A stretch of DNA of 57,365 nucleotides, taken from a virus. Lineage: Duplodnaviria; Caudoviricetes. The DNA is taken from positions 1 to 57,365 of IMG/VR virus record IMGVR_UViG_3300030001_000013. One strand, written 5' to 3'. A program made the translations under genes and the position numbers. Position 1 is the stretch's first letter; each line of letters begins with the position of its first letter. Below, one piece after another: positions 9,179-18,048 of the stretch. The notes beneath the pieces were generated by a model. That model was not told the DNA's origin and searched no databases. It worked only from the letters and a program-made list of their open reading frames with translations.

Positions 9179-9556
9179 ATGAAAAATCTAGGGTCAAAAT
9201 TGAAAGAATTGCGGAAGATGGAACGCTTAACCACGAAAGAATTAGCGGACAAACTCCAATTGTCGCAACCCTATATTAGTCAGATTGAAAGCGGCGGGCG
9301 CGTTCCACATCCTAAGAACATTCAAAAAATGGCAGACTTTTTCAACGTCCCGTACGGATACCTTATGACAGACGAAGCAATCAACCTAGATGAATTTAAA
9401 CAGGTTGAGGGGCTAATTATAGATAGAGGTAAAGAGAAATATATTCCATATTATTTAGTAGTTGATAAAGCAATTGAGGAGGAAATAACCCCCAGTGAAT
9501 TAGAAGATGCAATCGATTTTGTTAAAAAATATAAAAATAAAACGCCCTCAACATAA
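9179..9556 (+). CDS. CI-like XRE-family repressor
   Basis: LKELRK..RLTTKELADKLQLSQPYISQIESG.R.P; no peptidase domain visible. Confidence 0.85.
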   Translation: MKNLGSKLKELRKMERLTTKELADKLQLSQPYISQIESGGRVPHPKNIQKMADFFNVPYGYLMTDEAINLDEFKQVEGLIIDRGKEKYIPYYLVVDKAIEEEITPSELEDAIDFVKKYKNKTPST

Positions 9557-9569
9557 GAGGGCGTTTTCT
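9541..9569 (+). terminator. intrinsic terminator after the repressor
   Basis: AACGCCCTC-loop-GAGGGCGTT then TTCT. Confidence 0.7.
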
Positions 9570-9779
9570 GTTAATAAAAATTCTTTTTCATATATTTTAT
9601 TCACTAAAAATATTCCACCGATAAAAGCCCATTTTACAGATTTACTATGCCAAGCATAAATAATGTATCTTGCATGTAACATTGAATCCGCCTTCTTTTC
9701 GACTGATTATGAATATTTTTATTTAAATTATATTATAAATTAAAATTATAAATATTACAATAGGGGATATGTCAAAATA

Positions 9780-10898
9780 ATGAATAAACGCGCGAATGGT
9801 GAAGGAACATTTAGAATCAGAGATAATGGAACATGGGAATGCATGATAAGATACAATGGAAAACGCCATAGTGTATATGGTAAATCAAGAAAAGAATGCA
9901 TCACAAAATTAAAAGAATTAAAAAAGAAACTTGATTTTGGAATTGCAGAAAAATCAAAGCATATGACATATGAAACTCTTTTAAAAAATTATCTTGAAAA
10001 TATTATAGCGATCAAGAATAGACCGTCAACCTATGATAATTATAAAATCGTTATAGATAATCACCTAATACCTCATTTAGGAAAATATAAAGTTGATAAA
10101 TTAACGCGTACTGATATTCAAGACATGATCAAGAAAGAAAAGAAAGCGGGAAAATCTGCAAGCACTATCGGCTTAATTCATCATGTTTGCAAGACTTCGC
10201 TTGCCTATGCTATTGAATTAAAAATCATCATGGAAAATCCATCTTTCGGCGTTGTTAAGCCACAAATTGATAAAAAGGAAATGAGCGTATTAACCGAAGA
10301 CCAATTCCGTCATTTACGTGATGTTGGCGGCGATATTCGATCCAAAGAAAGAATGTTTTCCTGTTTTATATTTATGTTTTACACCGGACTGCGGCGCGGT
10401 GAAGCACTAGGATTAAAATGGTCTGATATTGATATGACTGAAAAATCATTATCAATGAAACGTGCTGTCACTAAATCAACATCAAAAGGCATTATAATTA
10501 CAAAAGGAAAAACTGCCCGCGCTGTACGAGCAATACCACTGCCGGAAAACTCAATAAAAGAATTGCTGATCTTTAAAGAAACACAAGCAAAAGAAAAAGC
10601 ATTTTACGGTAAAAAATACAATAATGAAAATTGGATATTCTGCCGACCGGACGGGAAACGTTATTACCCTACATCATTACGAAAAATATTCCTCCGTATT
10701 CTGGCTCTAGCAGACATTCCACCGATTCGAGTACATGATACTAGGCATACATTTGCAACGTTCTTGATGCTTGCAGGAGAGAACCCCAAGACTGTACAGG
10801 CAATTATGGGTCATGCTAATATTTCAACGACTTTAGGATATAGTCATGTTACTGATGGATTAAAACGTCAAGCGGCTGATAAATTGGATAATATATAA
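9780..10898 (+). CDS. int: tyrosine integrase
   Basis: N-terminal KRANGEG arm-binding motif; TGLRRGE, HDTRHT, MGH..ISTTLGYSH catalytic motifs. Confidence 0.95.
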   Translation: MNKRANGEGTFRIRDNGTWECMIRYNGKRHSVYGKSRKECITKLKELKKKLDFGIAEKSKHMTYETLLKNYLENIIAIKNRPSTYDNYKIVIDNHLIPHLGKYKVDKLTRTDIQDMIKKEKKAGKSASTIGLIHHVCKTSLAYAIELKIIMENPSFGVVKPQIDKKEMSVLTEDQFRHLRDVGGDIRSKERMFSCFIFMFYTGLRRGEALGLKWSDIDMTEKSLSMKRAVTKSTSKGIIITKGKTARAVRAIPLPENSIKELLIFKETQAKEKAFYGKKYNNENWIFCRPDGKRYYPTSLRKIFLRILALADIPPIRVHDTRHTFATFLMLAGENPKTVQAIMGHANISTTLGYSHVTDGLKRQAADKLDNI

Positions 10899-10903
10899 AT
10901 AAA

Positions 10904-10968
10904 ATCGGCTGATTTATTCAGTCGCTTTTTTATAAATAAAAATAACCGATGAAATTAATCATCGGTTT
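10904..10968. terminator. convergent terminators between int and the tRNA-like locus
   Basis: CGGCTGA-TTTAT-TCAGTCG plus T run; AACCGATG...CATCGGTT hairpin. Confidence 0.65.
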
Positions 10969-11130
10969 ATAAAAGGATACATATTACTATGGAACTATTT
11001 TATTTAGAAGAGTGTTACCCAATTGATTTATAAGCCTAATCAGAATTTAGTTTTAGATTACAACCTTGTAAGAATAATCTGCTTATCAAATGTTTAGTTT
11101 TTTCACGTCTGCACTCTCCAACCAGCTTTT

Positions 11131-11201
11131 AGCCAATCCAGGGAATCGAACCCCATATTTTCGCTGTGCCGCGAAACGCTTTACCTTTAAGCTATATTGA
11201 C
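11131..11201 (-). ncRNA. degenerate tRNA-like RNA (Cys-like; 8-nt anticodon loop, no encoded CCA)
   Basis: Cloverleaf by eye: GTCAATA/GATTGGC acceptor, GCTT/AAGC D arm, TTTCG/CGAAA stem, TGGGG-TTCGATT-CCCTG T arm. Confidence 0.65.
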
Positions 11202-11204
11202 ATA

Positions 11205-11281
11205 TGGAGCAGAGGGCAGGATTCGCACCTGCTTTGTCGGTAAAGGTCTCCCGCCGACTATATATGGATTCTAAGCTTTGC
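11205..11281 (-). ncRNA. second tRNA-like RNA with T arm and CCA but remodelled D and anticodon arms
   Basis: GCAAAGC...GTCGG-13nt-CCGAC-AAA-GCAGG-TGCGAAT-CCTGC-CCTCTGC-T-CCA. Confidence 0.55.
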
Positions 11282-11415
11282 TGAGTTACAATTATATTGA
11301 TTTCAGTTATTGTGATGTTGAGCGGAACTTCATACATTTTCATGCTCCATAATGTGCGCTTGTTCCCGCACTTCCCGCGTGTCTCACCACGCCGCACCAA
11401 CTTCTTACAATTCTT

Positions 11416-11444
11416 ATTATACTTCTAAGCTATTCCATTGTCAA
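11416..11444 (-). promoter_or_regulatory. perfect consensus sigma70 promoter
   Basis: TTGACA-17-TATAAT pointing into the non-coding tRNA-like region. Confidence 0.85.
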
Positions 11445-11489
11445 TACTTTTATTACTAAAAGCTATAAATTTATTGATGTTTTTTGAAT

Positions 11490-11651
11490 TTATTTTACCT
11501 TCTTATCATTTTCTCGCCTTTGCTTTAACTCAGCCATTATTTTATATACGCTTAATGCATTCTTACGTTCGCTTTGAAAAAACGCACTTCTTGCTTTTAT
11601 TTCATACCACTCCATTAAACTATCTAAAGATTTATCGCTTATTACTTCCAT
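11490..11651 (-). CDS. small hypothetical protein (53 aa), not in ORF track
   Basis: Manual translation MEVISDKSLDSLMEWYEIKARSAFFQ...; RBS AAGGTGG. Confidence 0.5.
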   Translation of the reverse strand: MEVISDKSLDSLMEWYEIKARSAFFQSERKNALSVYKIMAELKQRRENDKKVK

Positions 11652-11653
11652 AA

Positions 11654-11914
11654 TTATTCCACCTTATCTTTAATATCCTTTACCCACTTTTCCTTTGTCG
11701 TTCCTGTTGCTCCGCATTTCATGCAAACAAAATAGCCCTTATAACATCCATATTGATTACCGCCGCGCAAATATCGCTTGTCACTATGTCCGCTGATCTT
11801 CTTTATGTTTGTACTGCCGCAATATTCGCAACACTTCACACTCATATAACCCTTTTTCCTAAGAAATAACCATGCTAATTTTAGTCTTTGATAAAATGAT
11901 TCTTTACTTGCCAT
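11654..11914 (-). CDS. zinc-ribbon protein
   Basis: CEYCGS and CMKCG pairs. Confidence 0.7.
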   Translation of the reverse strand: MASKESFYQRLKLAWLFLRKKGYMSVKCCEYCGSTNIKKISGHSDKRYLRGGNQYGCYKGYFVCMKCGATGTTKEKWVKDIKDKVE

Positions 11915-12055
11915 TTACACTCTCACCTTTATATATAAATACCCTGTCATGATAGCAATAGCCCAATAAATAATAAATTTAATAAACCACGTTCTATGTT
12001 CTTTTCTTATTTGTCTTTTTTCTTTTATTTGCTGGACTGTTATTTCATATTTCAC
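11915..12055 (-). CDS. small membrane protein (46 aa), not in ORF track
   Basis: GTG start, basic N-half and one hydrophobic helix; fills the gap between neighbouring genes. Confidence 0.45.
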   Translation of the reverse strand: MKYEITVQQIKEKRQIRKEHRTWFIKFIIYWAIAIMTGYLYIKVRV

Positions 12056-12380
12056 TTTGATCAACCTTTTCCATTTTATGTTTTATATAAATATACAAAT
12101 TTGTATGATGTTCTATATACATTGTTTTGTTTACTACTAGCACATGATCTCGTGGATAATCGTCAAATTCAACGCCATGCATTAATCTTGTGTTAATGCA
12201 AATTTCTTGTACTTTACTAATTGAATTATTTATTAAGAATTTCTTAAAAAATACTTTATCTCCATATGCTATAAATATTCCATCAATTGAACATATGGCA
12301 AAACGTCTTTTATTTGTTTTTATATCCCATACAAAACGTTTTAAAATAGACTGTTGACGAATTGTTAATGTTTTCATCAT
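12045..12380 (-). CDS. hypothetical protein
   Basis: 111 aa, translationally coupled to the rep-like gene. Confidence 0.6.
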   Translation of the reverse strand: MMKTLTIRQQSILKRFVWDIKTNKRRFAICSIDGIFIAYGDKVFFKKFLINNSISKVQEICINTRLMHGVEFDDYPRDHVLVVNKTMYIEHHTNLYIYIKHKMEKVDQSEI

Positions 12381-13228
12381 GCCGCCACCTTTCGCAATAG
12401 ATTGGTCAATATACCATCACTAAGAAAATGCCATATCTTATAATCACAATCTTTATATTCTGTATTGAAATACTTATCCATTGCCAAAATCATAATGTCG
12501 AAACTTGCCTGAAATTCTTTATCTTCATTTACTGAATAATAACTGTTTGATATGAATATGCTGTTAAGCTGTTCATATATTCTGCTATCACGTATAGGAG
12601 CATGATGTTCATCGAATCGATTCATATACCTTCGATCAAATTCTTGTATGCAACTTATTGTCAAATCTAAAGAATCTTTCGCATAATACGTAGCAGGTAT
12701 CCATCGTTTATTTTTACCGTCCTCGGTATAACCCGAGCATTTATCTTTTAATTCTTTAGTATCTTTTATAGAATAATCTTTTATAGAAGTATCTTTGTTA
12801 GGCCATTTTGACACTTGGTCTAGTTTCGTTTTGATATTTGGTCTAATGTCATTTTGAACTTTGGTTATTTTAGGGGGTTCATCTATTTGATCATAATCAG
12901 AAAGAGAATCCATTTTTTGTGTATGCTTAACATAATAAAATCTTCCGGCTATGCCTTTTTTATTTGTTATGACAATACTTTCTAAAAATCCATCATCACA
13001 TAATTTTGTCAACATTCTTTTCAATTTGCTCATACTGCCAATAATTGGTATTTGTTGAAGCAAATATGATTGATTTACCCATATGTAACGTTTAGATTCA
13101 TTAATAAGGCTTTCCATACTATCACTTGAATACATATCCTTTATTGTTCTAAGCAATAGAGCATCTTCCAATGATAGATTATTCTCTATAAGCTTATTTT
13201 GTTGAAATCCTAAAACTGTATATTTCAT
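12377..13228 (-). CDS. replication initiator-like protein (N-terminal winged helix)
   Basis: MKYTVLGFQQ...YIWVNQSYLL..IPII...LKRML.KL...GFL resembles Clostridia phage/plasmid initiators; internal direct repeats. Confidence 0.65.
   Translation of the reverse strand: MKYTVLGFQQNKLIENNLSLEDALLLRTIKDMYSSDSMESLINESKRYIWVNQSYLLQQIPIIGSMSKLKRMLTKLCDDGFLESIVITNKKGIAGRFYYVKHTQKMDSLSDYDQIDEPPKITKVQNDIRPNIKTKLDQVSKWPNKDTSIKDYSIKDTKELKDKCSGYTEDGKNKRWIPATYYAKDSLDLTISCIQEFDRRYMNRFDEHHAPIRDSRIYEQLNSIFISNSYYSVNEDKEFQASFDIMILAMDKYFNTEYKDCDYKIWHFLSDGILTNLLRKVAA
12806..12874. repeat. three imperfect 23-bp direct repeats (putative iterons)
   Basis: TTTTGA...TTGGT units start at 12806, 12829 and 12852; adjacent AT-rich ATCTTTTATAGAA x2 at 12761 and 12776. 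Confidence 0.7.
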
Positions 13229-13250
13229 TTTGCCCCTCTTTTCTTTTAGA

Positions 13251-13282
13251 CAAACAAAAAAGCAACCGCTAAACGATTGCTT
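13251..13282 (-). terminator. terminator/attenuator in the rep leader
   Basis: AAGCAATCG-TTTAG-CGGTTGCTT followed by TTTTGTTTG, about 20 nt before the rep start. Confidence 0.75.
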
Positions 13283-13315
13283 ACTGACACTTATCCAATT
13301 TCGAGCCTTTTAGTA

Positions 13316-13344
13316 TTGCCACCACAATTTACCTATGGTATAAT
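13316..13344 (+). promoter_or_regulatory. antisense promoter
   Basis: TTGCCA-17-TATAAT with extended TG. Confidence 0.75.
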
Positions 13345-13350
13345 ATTACT

Positions 13351-13424
13351 AAAGGTTTGCTGATTGGTTCAGGTTTTCAGCGAATCGCCTGAAAGTGTTA
13401 GCGCACCGACAGGCTTTATTTTTT
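13351..13424 (+). ncRNA. putative countertranscript (antisense) RNA to the rep leader
   Basis: Two hairpins (TTTGCTGA/TCAGCGAA; GCCTG/CAGGC) ending in a T run; no ORF. Confidence 0.65.
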
Positions 13425-13445
13425 TGTCCGAATGTATGTAAGTTC

Positions 13446-13474
13446 ATTATAACTCATAGCAATGTAATAAACAA
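13446..13474 (-). promoter_or_regulatory. rep promoter
   Basis: TTGTTT-17-TATAAT, with GAGTTATAAT shared with the repeated promoter family. Confidence 0.55.
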
Positions 13475-13552
13475 CTTAAAAAGTAATTTGCGCTATGATA
13501 CAATATGTGGTATTATAAATTCATAGCTCATGTTTTTCGTTCTCCAACGAAA

Positions 13553-13586
13553 GAAAAAGACCAACATTAATTTGTTGGTCTTTTTT
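13553..13586. terminator. bidirectional terminator downstream of tRNA-Phe
   Basis: AAAAAGACCAACA-loop-TGTTGGTCTTTTTT. Confidence 0.75.
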
Positions 13587-13783
13587 GTGTCTATGCGTTA
13601 TAATATTGATGCTTACAATCTAATTCTATACGTATTATTTTGCTTTGTTGCTGTGTAAAATAATTTTACATATAAACTATTACATAACGTAAAAATAAGC
13701 GTTTAAAACATTAATGGTGGTATTTGTGGTGGTATTGACAAACTTTTAATAATTGAAAAGACGAAATTTTAATGATTGAAAAG

Positions 13784-13859
<76 letters not shown>

Positions 13860-13863
13860 AAAT

Positions 13864-13908
13864 TGGCGACCCGAATCGGATTTGAACCGACGACCTCTTG
13901 CGTGACAG
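13864..13908 (-). pseudogene. 3' half of tRNA-Asp(GTC), probable att core
   Basis: Starts at the anticodon loop CTGTCAC, includes the T arm and ends GCCA; the 5' half is absent. Confidence 0.9.
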
Positions 13909-14048
13909 TTATGCTTTCATGATTGCGCCTGCCTGCGCCACTATGAATGGCGATACAAAACACAAAAATGAAAATACCACCTGCACCCCAAAAAATATAG
14001 GAATGCACTGACTTGGTGGTGTTTCGTGGTGGTATGGATGAAATATAA

Positions 14049-14084
14049 AAAAGCCCCTTGCCAAATTAATGGTAAAGGGCTTTT
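14049..14084 (-). terminator. terminator of the late/lysis operon
   Basis: AAAAGCCC...GGGCTTTT inverted repeat with A/T runs. Confidence 0.7.
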
Positions 14085-14097
14085 AATTATGTCCTTA

Positions 14098-14910
14098 TTA
14101 AATTTTAGATAATGTTTCTGCAACCTTTGATTTGAGTGTAGAAATACCGGAAGCAATCTCTTTAGCAACGTATAATTTAAAACCATATGCTGGCGCCATG
14201 TTCAGATCATAACCTAAAGCCTTAATCCAATTGTTTGCAACTTTGTTTCTTTTGGTAATCATGAGATTCAACCAATCTTCTACAGGCTGTAAAACTTTTT
14301 CCTGTACAAGCGTTGTAGCATTTGTTAAATCAGCCGTTGAAACTGAATCTGTATTGACTGTAACTTGAAATGATGCTAATGCCGCTTTTGCCGCCGCCTT
14401 GATAGAATCCCAATCCTCCGAAACTGTCGTTGTCGTGCTTGTGCTTGCCGCTGTAGCCGCTTTTTCAACAGCATCAACAACTATACTAGCTGTGCTAATA
14501 ACTGTGCCGATTTCAGCCGCAACCGCTGTTGCTGTCAATGCAATGTCAACGGATAATGCCGTATCTTCATCAACCGGAACAACTGATTCAGAAAAATTAT
14601 CATAACCTGAAATCGATACAGCAACCGGATAACTTGCACCAACTACTAAACCACCGATTATTGCCTGACCGTCTGCATTTGTCGTATATGGTATTGTTCC
14701 CGAACCATCAATTGTAATATTTACGGTAGCACCTTCTATTGCCTTATTTGTTGCTTTGTCCTTAACTGTTACTAAAAATTTAGCCATTTTATTATATTCC
14801 TTCTTTTCTATTATTTTTTTTATTTCATCTATGACAAAGGGCATTGCGCTAACAATACCCTTTACAATGTAGGGCTTTAATGCTTCTAAGATTGATAATA
14901 TATAAGACAC
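14098..14910 (-). CDS. protein with carboxypeptidase-regulatory-like (Ig/transthyretin-like) domain and Ala/Thr-rich helical tail
   Basis: VTVKDKATNKAIEGATV...TTNADG...GY pattern. Confidence 0.6.
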   Translation of the reverse strand: MSYILSILEALKPYIVKGIVSAMPFVIDEIKKIIEKKEYNKMAKFLVTVKDKATNKAIEGATVNITIDGSGTIPYTTNADGQAIIGGLVVGASYPVAVSISGYDNFSESVVPVDEDTALSVDIALTATAVAAEIGTVISTASIVVDAVEKAATAASTSTTTTVSEDWDSIKAAAKAALASFQVTVNTDSVSTADLTNATTLVQEKVLQPVEDWLNLMITKRNKVANNWIKALGYDLNMAPAYGFKLYVAKEIASGISTLKSKVAETLSKI

Positions 14911-14924
14911 TAAATCACTACCCT

Positions 14925-15428
14925 TTACGCGGCATCAACATGTAATGTGCCGATCTGTTCAATTACTTCCATAAGTATTTCAGGTGTGATACTTGAAGCC
15001 GGAACATCCCCTTTAATGTCTAATCCATATGTCCTGAGAATGTCTGTATCGTCACCGGAACAATCATTTTCGCCTTGTGTTCCTGTTAATACCAATCCAA
15101 ATACAGAATAAGCCGCGCCATCAATTAACGCCTTGACAGAATACTTTTGACCTAATAACTCTTTGAATCTTGCATCCCCTGCTTTGATCTTGTCTTCATC
15201 ATCAATTACAATATCATAAATGCGTAATTGTTCAGGCTTGTATCTTTCTAATTTATTGCCGATGAATCCGCTTGCCAATGCTTCTTGAAATACTCCATCT
15301 ACGATCAAACCGCAATGGGTAGGTGTCCATTTGTCCTTGTCTGCATTGTCTAATTCTTCGATAAATTCAATTACTGGCGATATGCCGCCAATACCATGAA
15401 CAAAAACAACTTGAATAACTTTACTCAA
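14925..15428 (-). CDS. permuted papain-like (YiiX/NlpC-P60-like) protein
   Basis: THCGL precedes G.KY and NDCS (His before Cys). Confidence 0.6.
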   Translation of the reverse strand: MSKVIQVVFVHGIGGISPVIEFIEELDNADKDKWTPTHCGLIVDGVFQEALASGFIGNKLERYKPEQLRIYDIVIDDEDKIKAGDARFKELLGQKYSVKALIDGAAYSVFGLVLTGTQGENDCSGDDTDILRTYGLDIKGDVPASSITPEILMEVIEQIGTLHVDAA

Positions 15429-15639
15429 TCACTTCAACCTCAATTCTTTCATTGTTTTTACTAAACGGATGACAAGAAAATATTTCAACTGTGTTCTTAT
15501 CGAACCATCTATAATTGCACCGTGCTATTTCAAAACCATCCTGAAGGATTTTACCTATATTTTCTTTTGAAATGATAGGAGAGGGAAGAATGAAAAATCC
15601 AACCCTATCCGTTTTAACCATTTCAACTAATTTACTCAC
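15421..15639 (-). CDS. hypothetical protein
   Basis: 72 aa, overlaps both neighbours. Confidence 0.55.
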   Translation of the reverse strand: MSKLVEMVKTDRVGFFILPSPIISKENIGKILQDGFEIARCNYRWFDKNTVEIFSCHPFSKNNERIEVEVIE

Positions 15640-16133
15640 GCCGCCATAACCTCTTTGATTATTTCAGGCAATTGAGCATACATCGTATCGCCTGGACACG
15701 CTGTTGCATCGTTTGGATTGCCGCTGATATCTGCAACATCGCTATGACCGATTGTTTTAACATCCCTGCCATAAATACTATACAATTCGCCTAGCAATTC
15801 TTTTAAAGAATTGATCTGTTTTTCTGTAGGTGTAACATAATTGTCTTGTCCGGTCTGAAAATTACCTTCCAATACAATCCCTAACGATTCAAAATTAACG
15901 CCGTGAGCATGAGCACCAACCGTGTCACGAGGCCTGCCACGAACTACTTTACCATCACCTTTAATAACATAATGATAAGCTATACCATTATCGCCAATAT
16001 TGATATGTTCATCCCATATTTCCTGCGTGTCTTGCATTTGACCGCCTGTTGTGTGATGGATAACAAAATAATTTGTCTCTGATCTTTCAGATAATTCCCT
16101 TGGAAACTGCCAATCTTTTTCTATAATGTCCAC
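15636..16133 (-). CDS. endolysin, N-acetylmuramoyl-L-alanine amidase (Amidase_2/T7-like)
   Basis: VIHHT, IAYHYVI, GAHA.G.N, IGHSD, TACPG. Confidence 0.92.
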   Translation of the reverse strand: MDIIEKDWQFPRELSERSETNYFVIHHTTGGQMQDTQEIWDEHINIGDNGIAYHYVIKGDGKVVRGRPRDTVGAHAHGVNFESLGIVLEGNFQTGQDNYVTPTEKQINSLKELLGELYSIYGRDVKTIGHSDVADISGNPNDATACPGDTMYAQLPEIIKEVMAA

Positions 16134-16200
16134 CGTTTTATCACTCCTTGTAATAATTTTATAATTGAATTATAACACATATCAATAATTTTAAATATGG

Positions 16201-16713
16201 CTATTTCGTGAATTTCTTCCTAAATACATCAATTGCATCACCTAATTCAACCACGCCTGAATCCCTTAAATTTTCTAGCACGCTGATTGCTTCTGTAGCC
16301 GCAAGATACGTCCATACCATTTTCAAAAATATAGGTGTTTCATTTGCTATTTTTAATAATGCATCTGATTTTACAGCAACGAAAGTTAATATCATATAAA
16401 CAATAATTTTACTAACAAATCTGTGTTTCATAGCATTGCTATTTATGTATCCTGCTTTAAAAGCCTTTCTCATATCAAAAACACAACTGATCAAATCGTT
16501 TTTTTCATGACAATCTGAAAGATGCTTATAAGCCTGTGCTATCCACCTTGTAAATAAATCGATTATTACTAAGAAAATAAATGCCTTTAATGCTAATCCG
16601 TGGGTGCTTGTCGTTATTGTTATTATAAAAGATAATATAATCTTTACAACCCACATATCAGCTAAACTATGAAAACATTTGGTTATACCTCTCACACACG
16701 TTTCTAAATCCAC
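16201..16713 (-). CDS. holin (phage holin family 4-like)
   Basis: Several TM segments; IDLFT and EAISVLENL...GV motifs; upstream of the amidase. Confidence 0.85.
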   Translation of the reverse strand: MDLETCVRGITKCFHSLADMWVVKIILSFIITITTSTHGLALKAFIFLVIIDLFTRWIAQAYKHLSDCHEKNDLISCVFDMRKAFKAGYINSNAMKHRFVSKIIVYMILTFVAVKSDALLKIANETPIFLKMVWTYLAATEAISVLENLRDSGVVELGDAIDVFRKKFTK

Positions 16714-16737
16714 ATTGCACCCCTTAAATTTTTATTT

Positions 16738-18048
16738 TTAATTTCCTAGCATAATATAACTGTATGTTTTACCGTGTTTACTTGTCCCACTAGCTCCGTC
16801 ACCAAAGCGAACTTTAATAGACGAAACACTAACATAATAGGTAAAAGGTTGCCACCAAAAATCATCAACATCAGAATTGTTGTCACCATTTCTAGATGAT
16901 TCAATAAAAACAAATACTGAATTTGAAAATTCCCAAGGAAATGTAATGATATGATTTCCATTGTTCCACGCTCCAACGGCATTATCATCAGCAAGAACCA
17001 ATGAACCCCACTGCAACATAACTCCATTCGAAAATTTAATATATCCGTTCGTTCCTAAACTTGATGATACAATTCCACCTGCCGCCGCTAATAATGCCGC
17101 CGCTGTATAGCCACCAACTGAATTTACATTGAAATTTGATGGATTATATACATACATATTGCTTGCATCGTTTCCACCCCATAACCAAGATGGCTGACCG
17201 CCTTGACCCGACCAATTAAATACATGACCATTGACTGACCCTGCGTTTAATGCTGATGCAAGATATGTACGTAAATATGAATCACTGCCATTTGTTCCCC
17301 AAACTCTGGCCGGACTTGAATTGTTACCCTCATCACCATTATTGGAATTGATATATCCGGTTTGAAGATATCCACTTCCATCTGTACGGACAACTTGATT
17401 AGAAACATTGTTTTGGCCACTAGCAACGGATAAACTAGCGACTGTGTTTGCGTTATTTGAATTTGTAGCTGTTGCCGCATTACCTGTACAGATAGTCGCT
17501 GTTGTGGCTGTAGCGGCGTTTCCATAACACGTCGCCGCTGTATCAGCCGTCACTGCACTTGCTACCTTACCACTAATTGCAATTGTTATCTTATCATTCG
17601 TAATATCCGGCGTTAATGCTATATTAGTTCCTGCCGCTATTTCTAATGTGTCGGTTTTACCGTCTGCTTGAATTGTAGAACTTCCTACGACTATGTTTGA
17701 GAATGCCATTTGGTTTACTTCTGCGCCTGTTGCAACCGTATCAATCTTAATTTTATCTGTATTAATCATAAAACCATTTTTAATGGTTGTTGCTGTATTA
17801 TGATCATGCGAAGCATTTGCAAAAGCTGTTGAATCATTTCCATCTAGCATATCGGCATTTAAATTAACATTTAACGTGCCGTTGCTTACTGGTATGTTTC
17901 CGGCTAGATTGCCAGACTTTAATCCATTCAATAATCCTGAATCAACTATTGCATCCTCAATAATTGCCCGAAGCTGTTCACGCATTTCTGGTGGAAAATC
18001 TGCTAAAAATTCGCTATTTGTTGGTTTTGTATAATCATACGCCATCAA
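16738..18048 (-). CDS. tail fibre protein 2
   Basis: N-terminus paralogous to 18146..20752; ATTA repeats; C-terminal NGYIKF.NG..LQWG...ITFP gp53-like domain. Confidence 0.8.
   Translation of the reverse strand: MMAYDYTKPTNSEFLADFPPEMREQLRAIIEDAIVDSGLLNGLKSGNLAGNIPVSNGTLNVNLNADMLDGNDSTAFANASHDHNTATTIKNGFMINTDKIKIDTVATGAEVNQMAFSNIVVGSSTIQADGKTDTLEIAAGTNIALTPDITNDKITIAISGKVASAVTADTAATCYGNAATATTATICTGNAATATNSNNANTVASLSVASGQNNVSNQVVRTDGSGYLQTGYINSNNGDEGNNSSPARVWGTNGSDSYLRTYLASALNAGSVNGHVFNWSGQGGQPSWLWGGNDASNMYVYNPSNFNVNSVGGYTAAALLAAAGGIVSSSLGTNGYIKFSNGVMLQWGSLVLADDNAVGAWNNGNHIITFPWEFSNSVFVFIESSRNGDNNSDVDDFWWQPFTYYVSVSSIKVRFGDGASGTSKHGKTYSYIMLGN

Noticed and set aside
11086-11400. 104-aa ORF from the track
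   Set aside because: TTG start without a good RBS; it overlies tRNA-like structures, so a non-coding reading is more plausible.
11205-11408. tmRNA or tRNA-Sec
   Set aside because: No Ala acceptor identity (G3-U70, discriminator A), too short for tmRNA, and no UCA anticodon.
13941-14186. 81-aa ORF across attP
   Set aside because: Overlaps the 14098 gene, a terminator and the arm sites; no recognisable motif.
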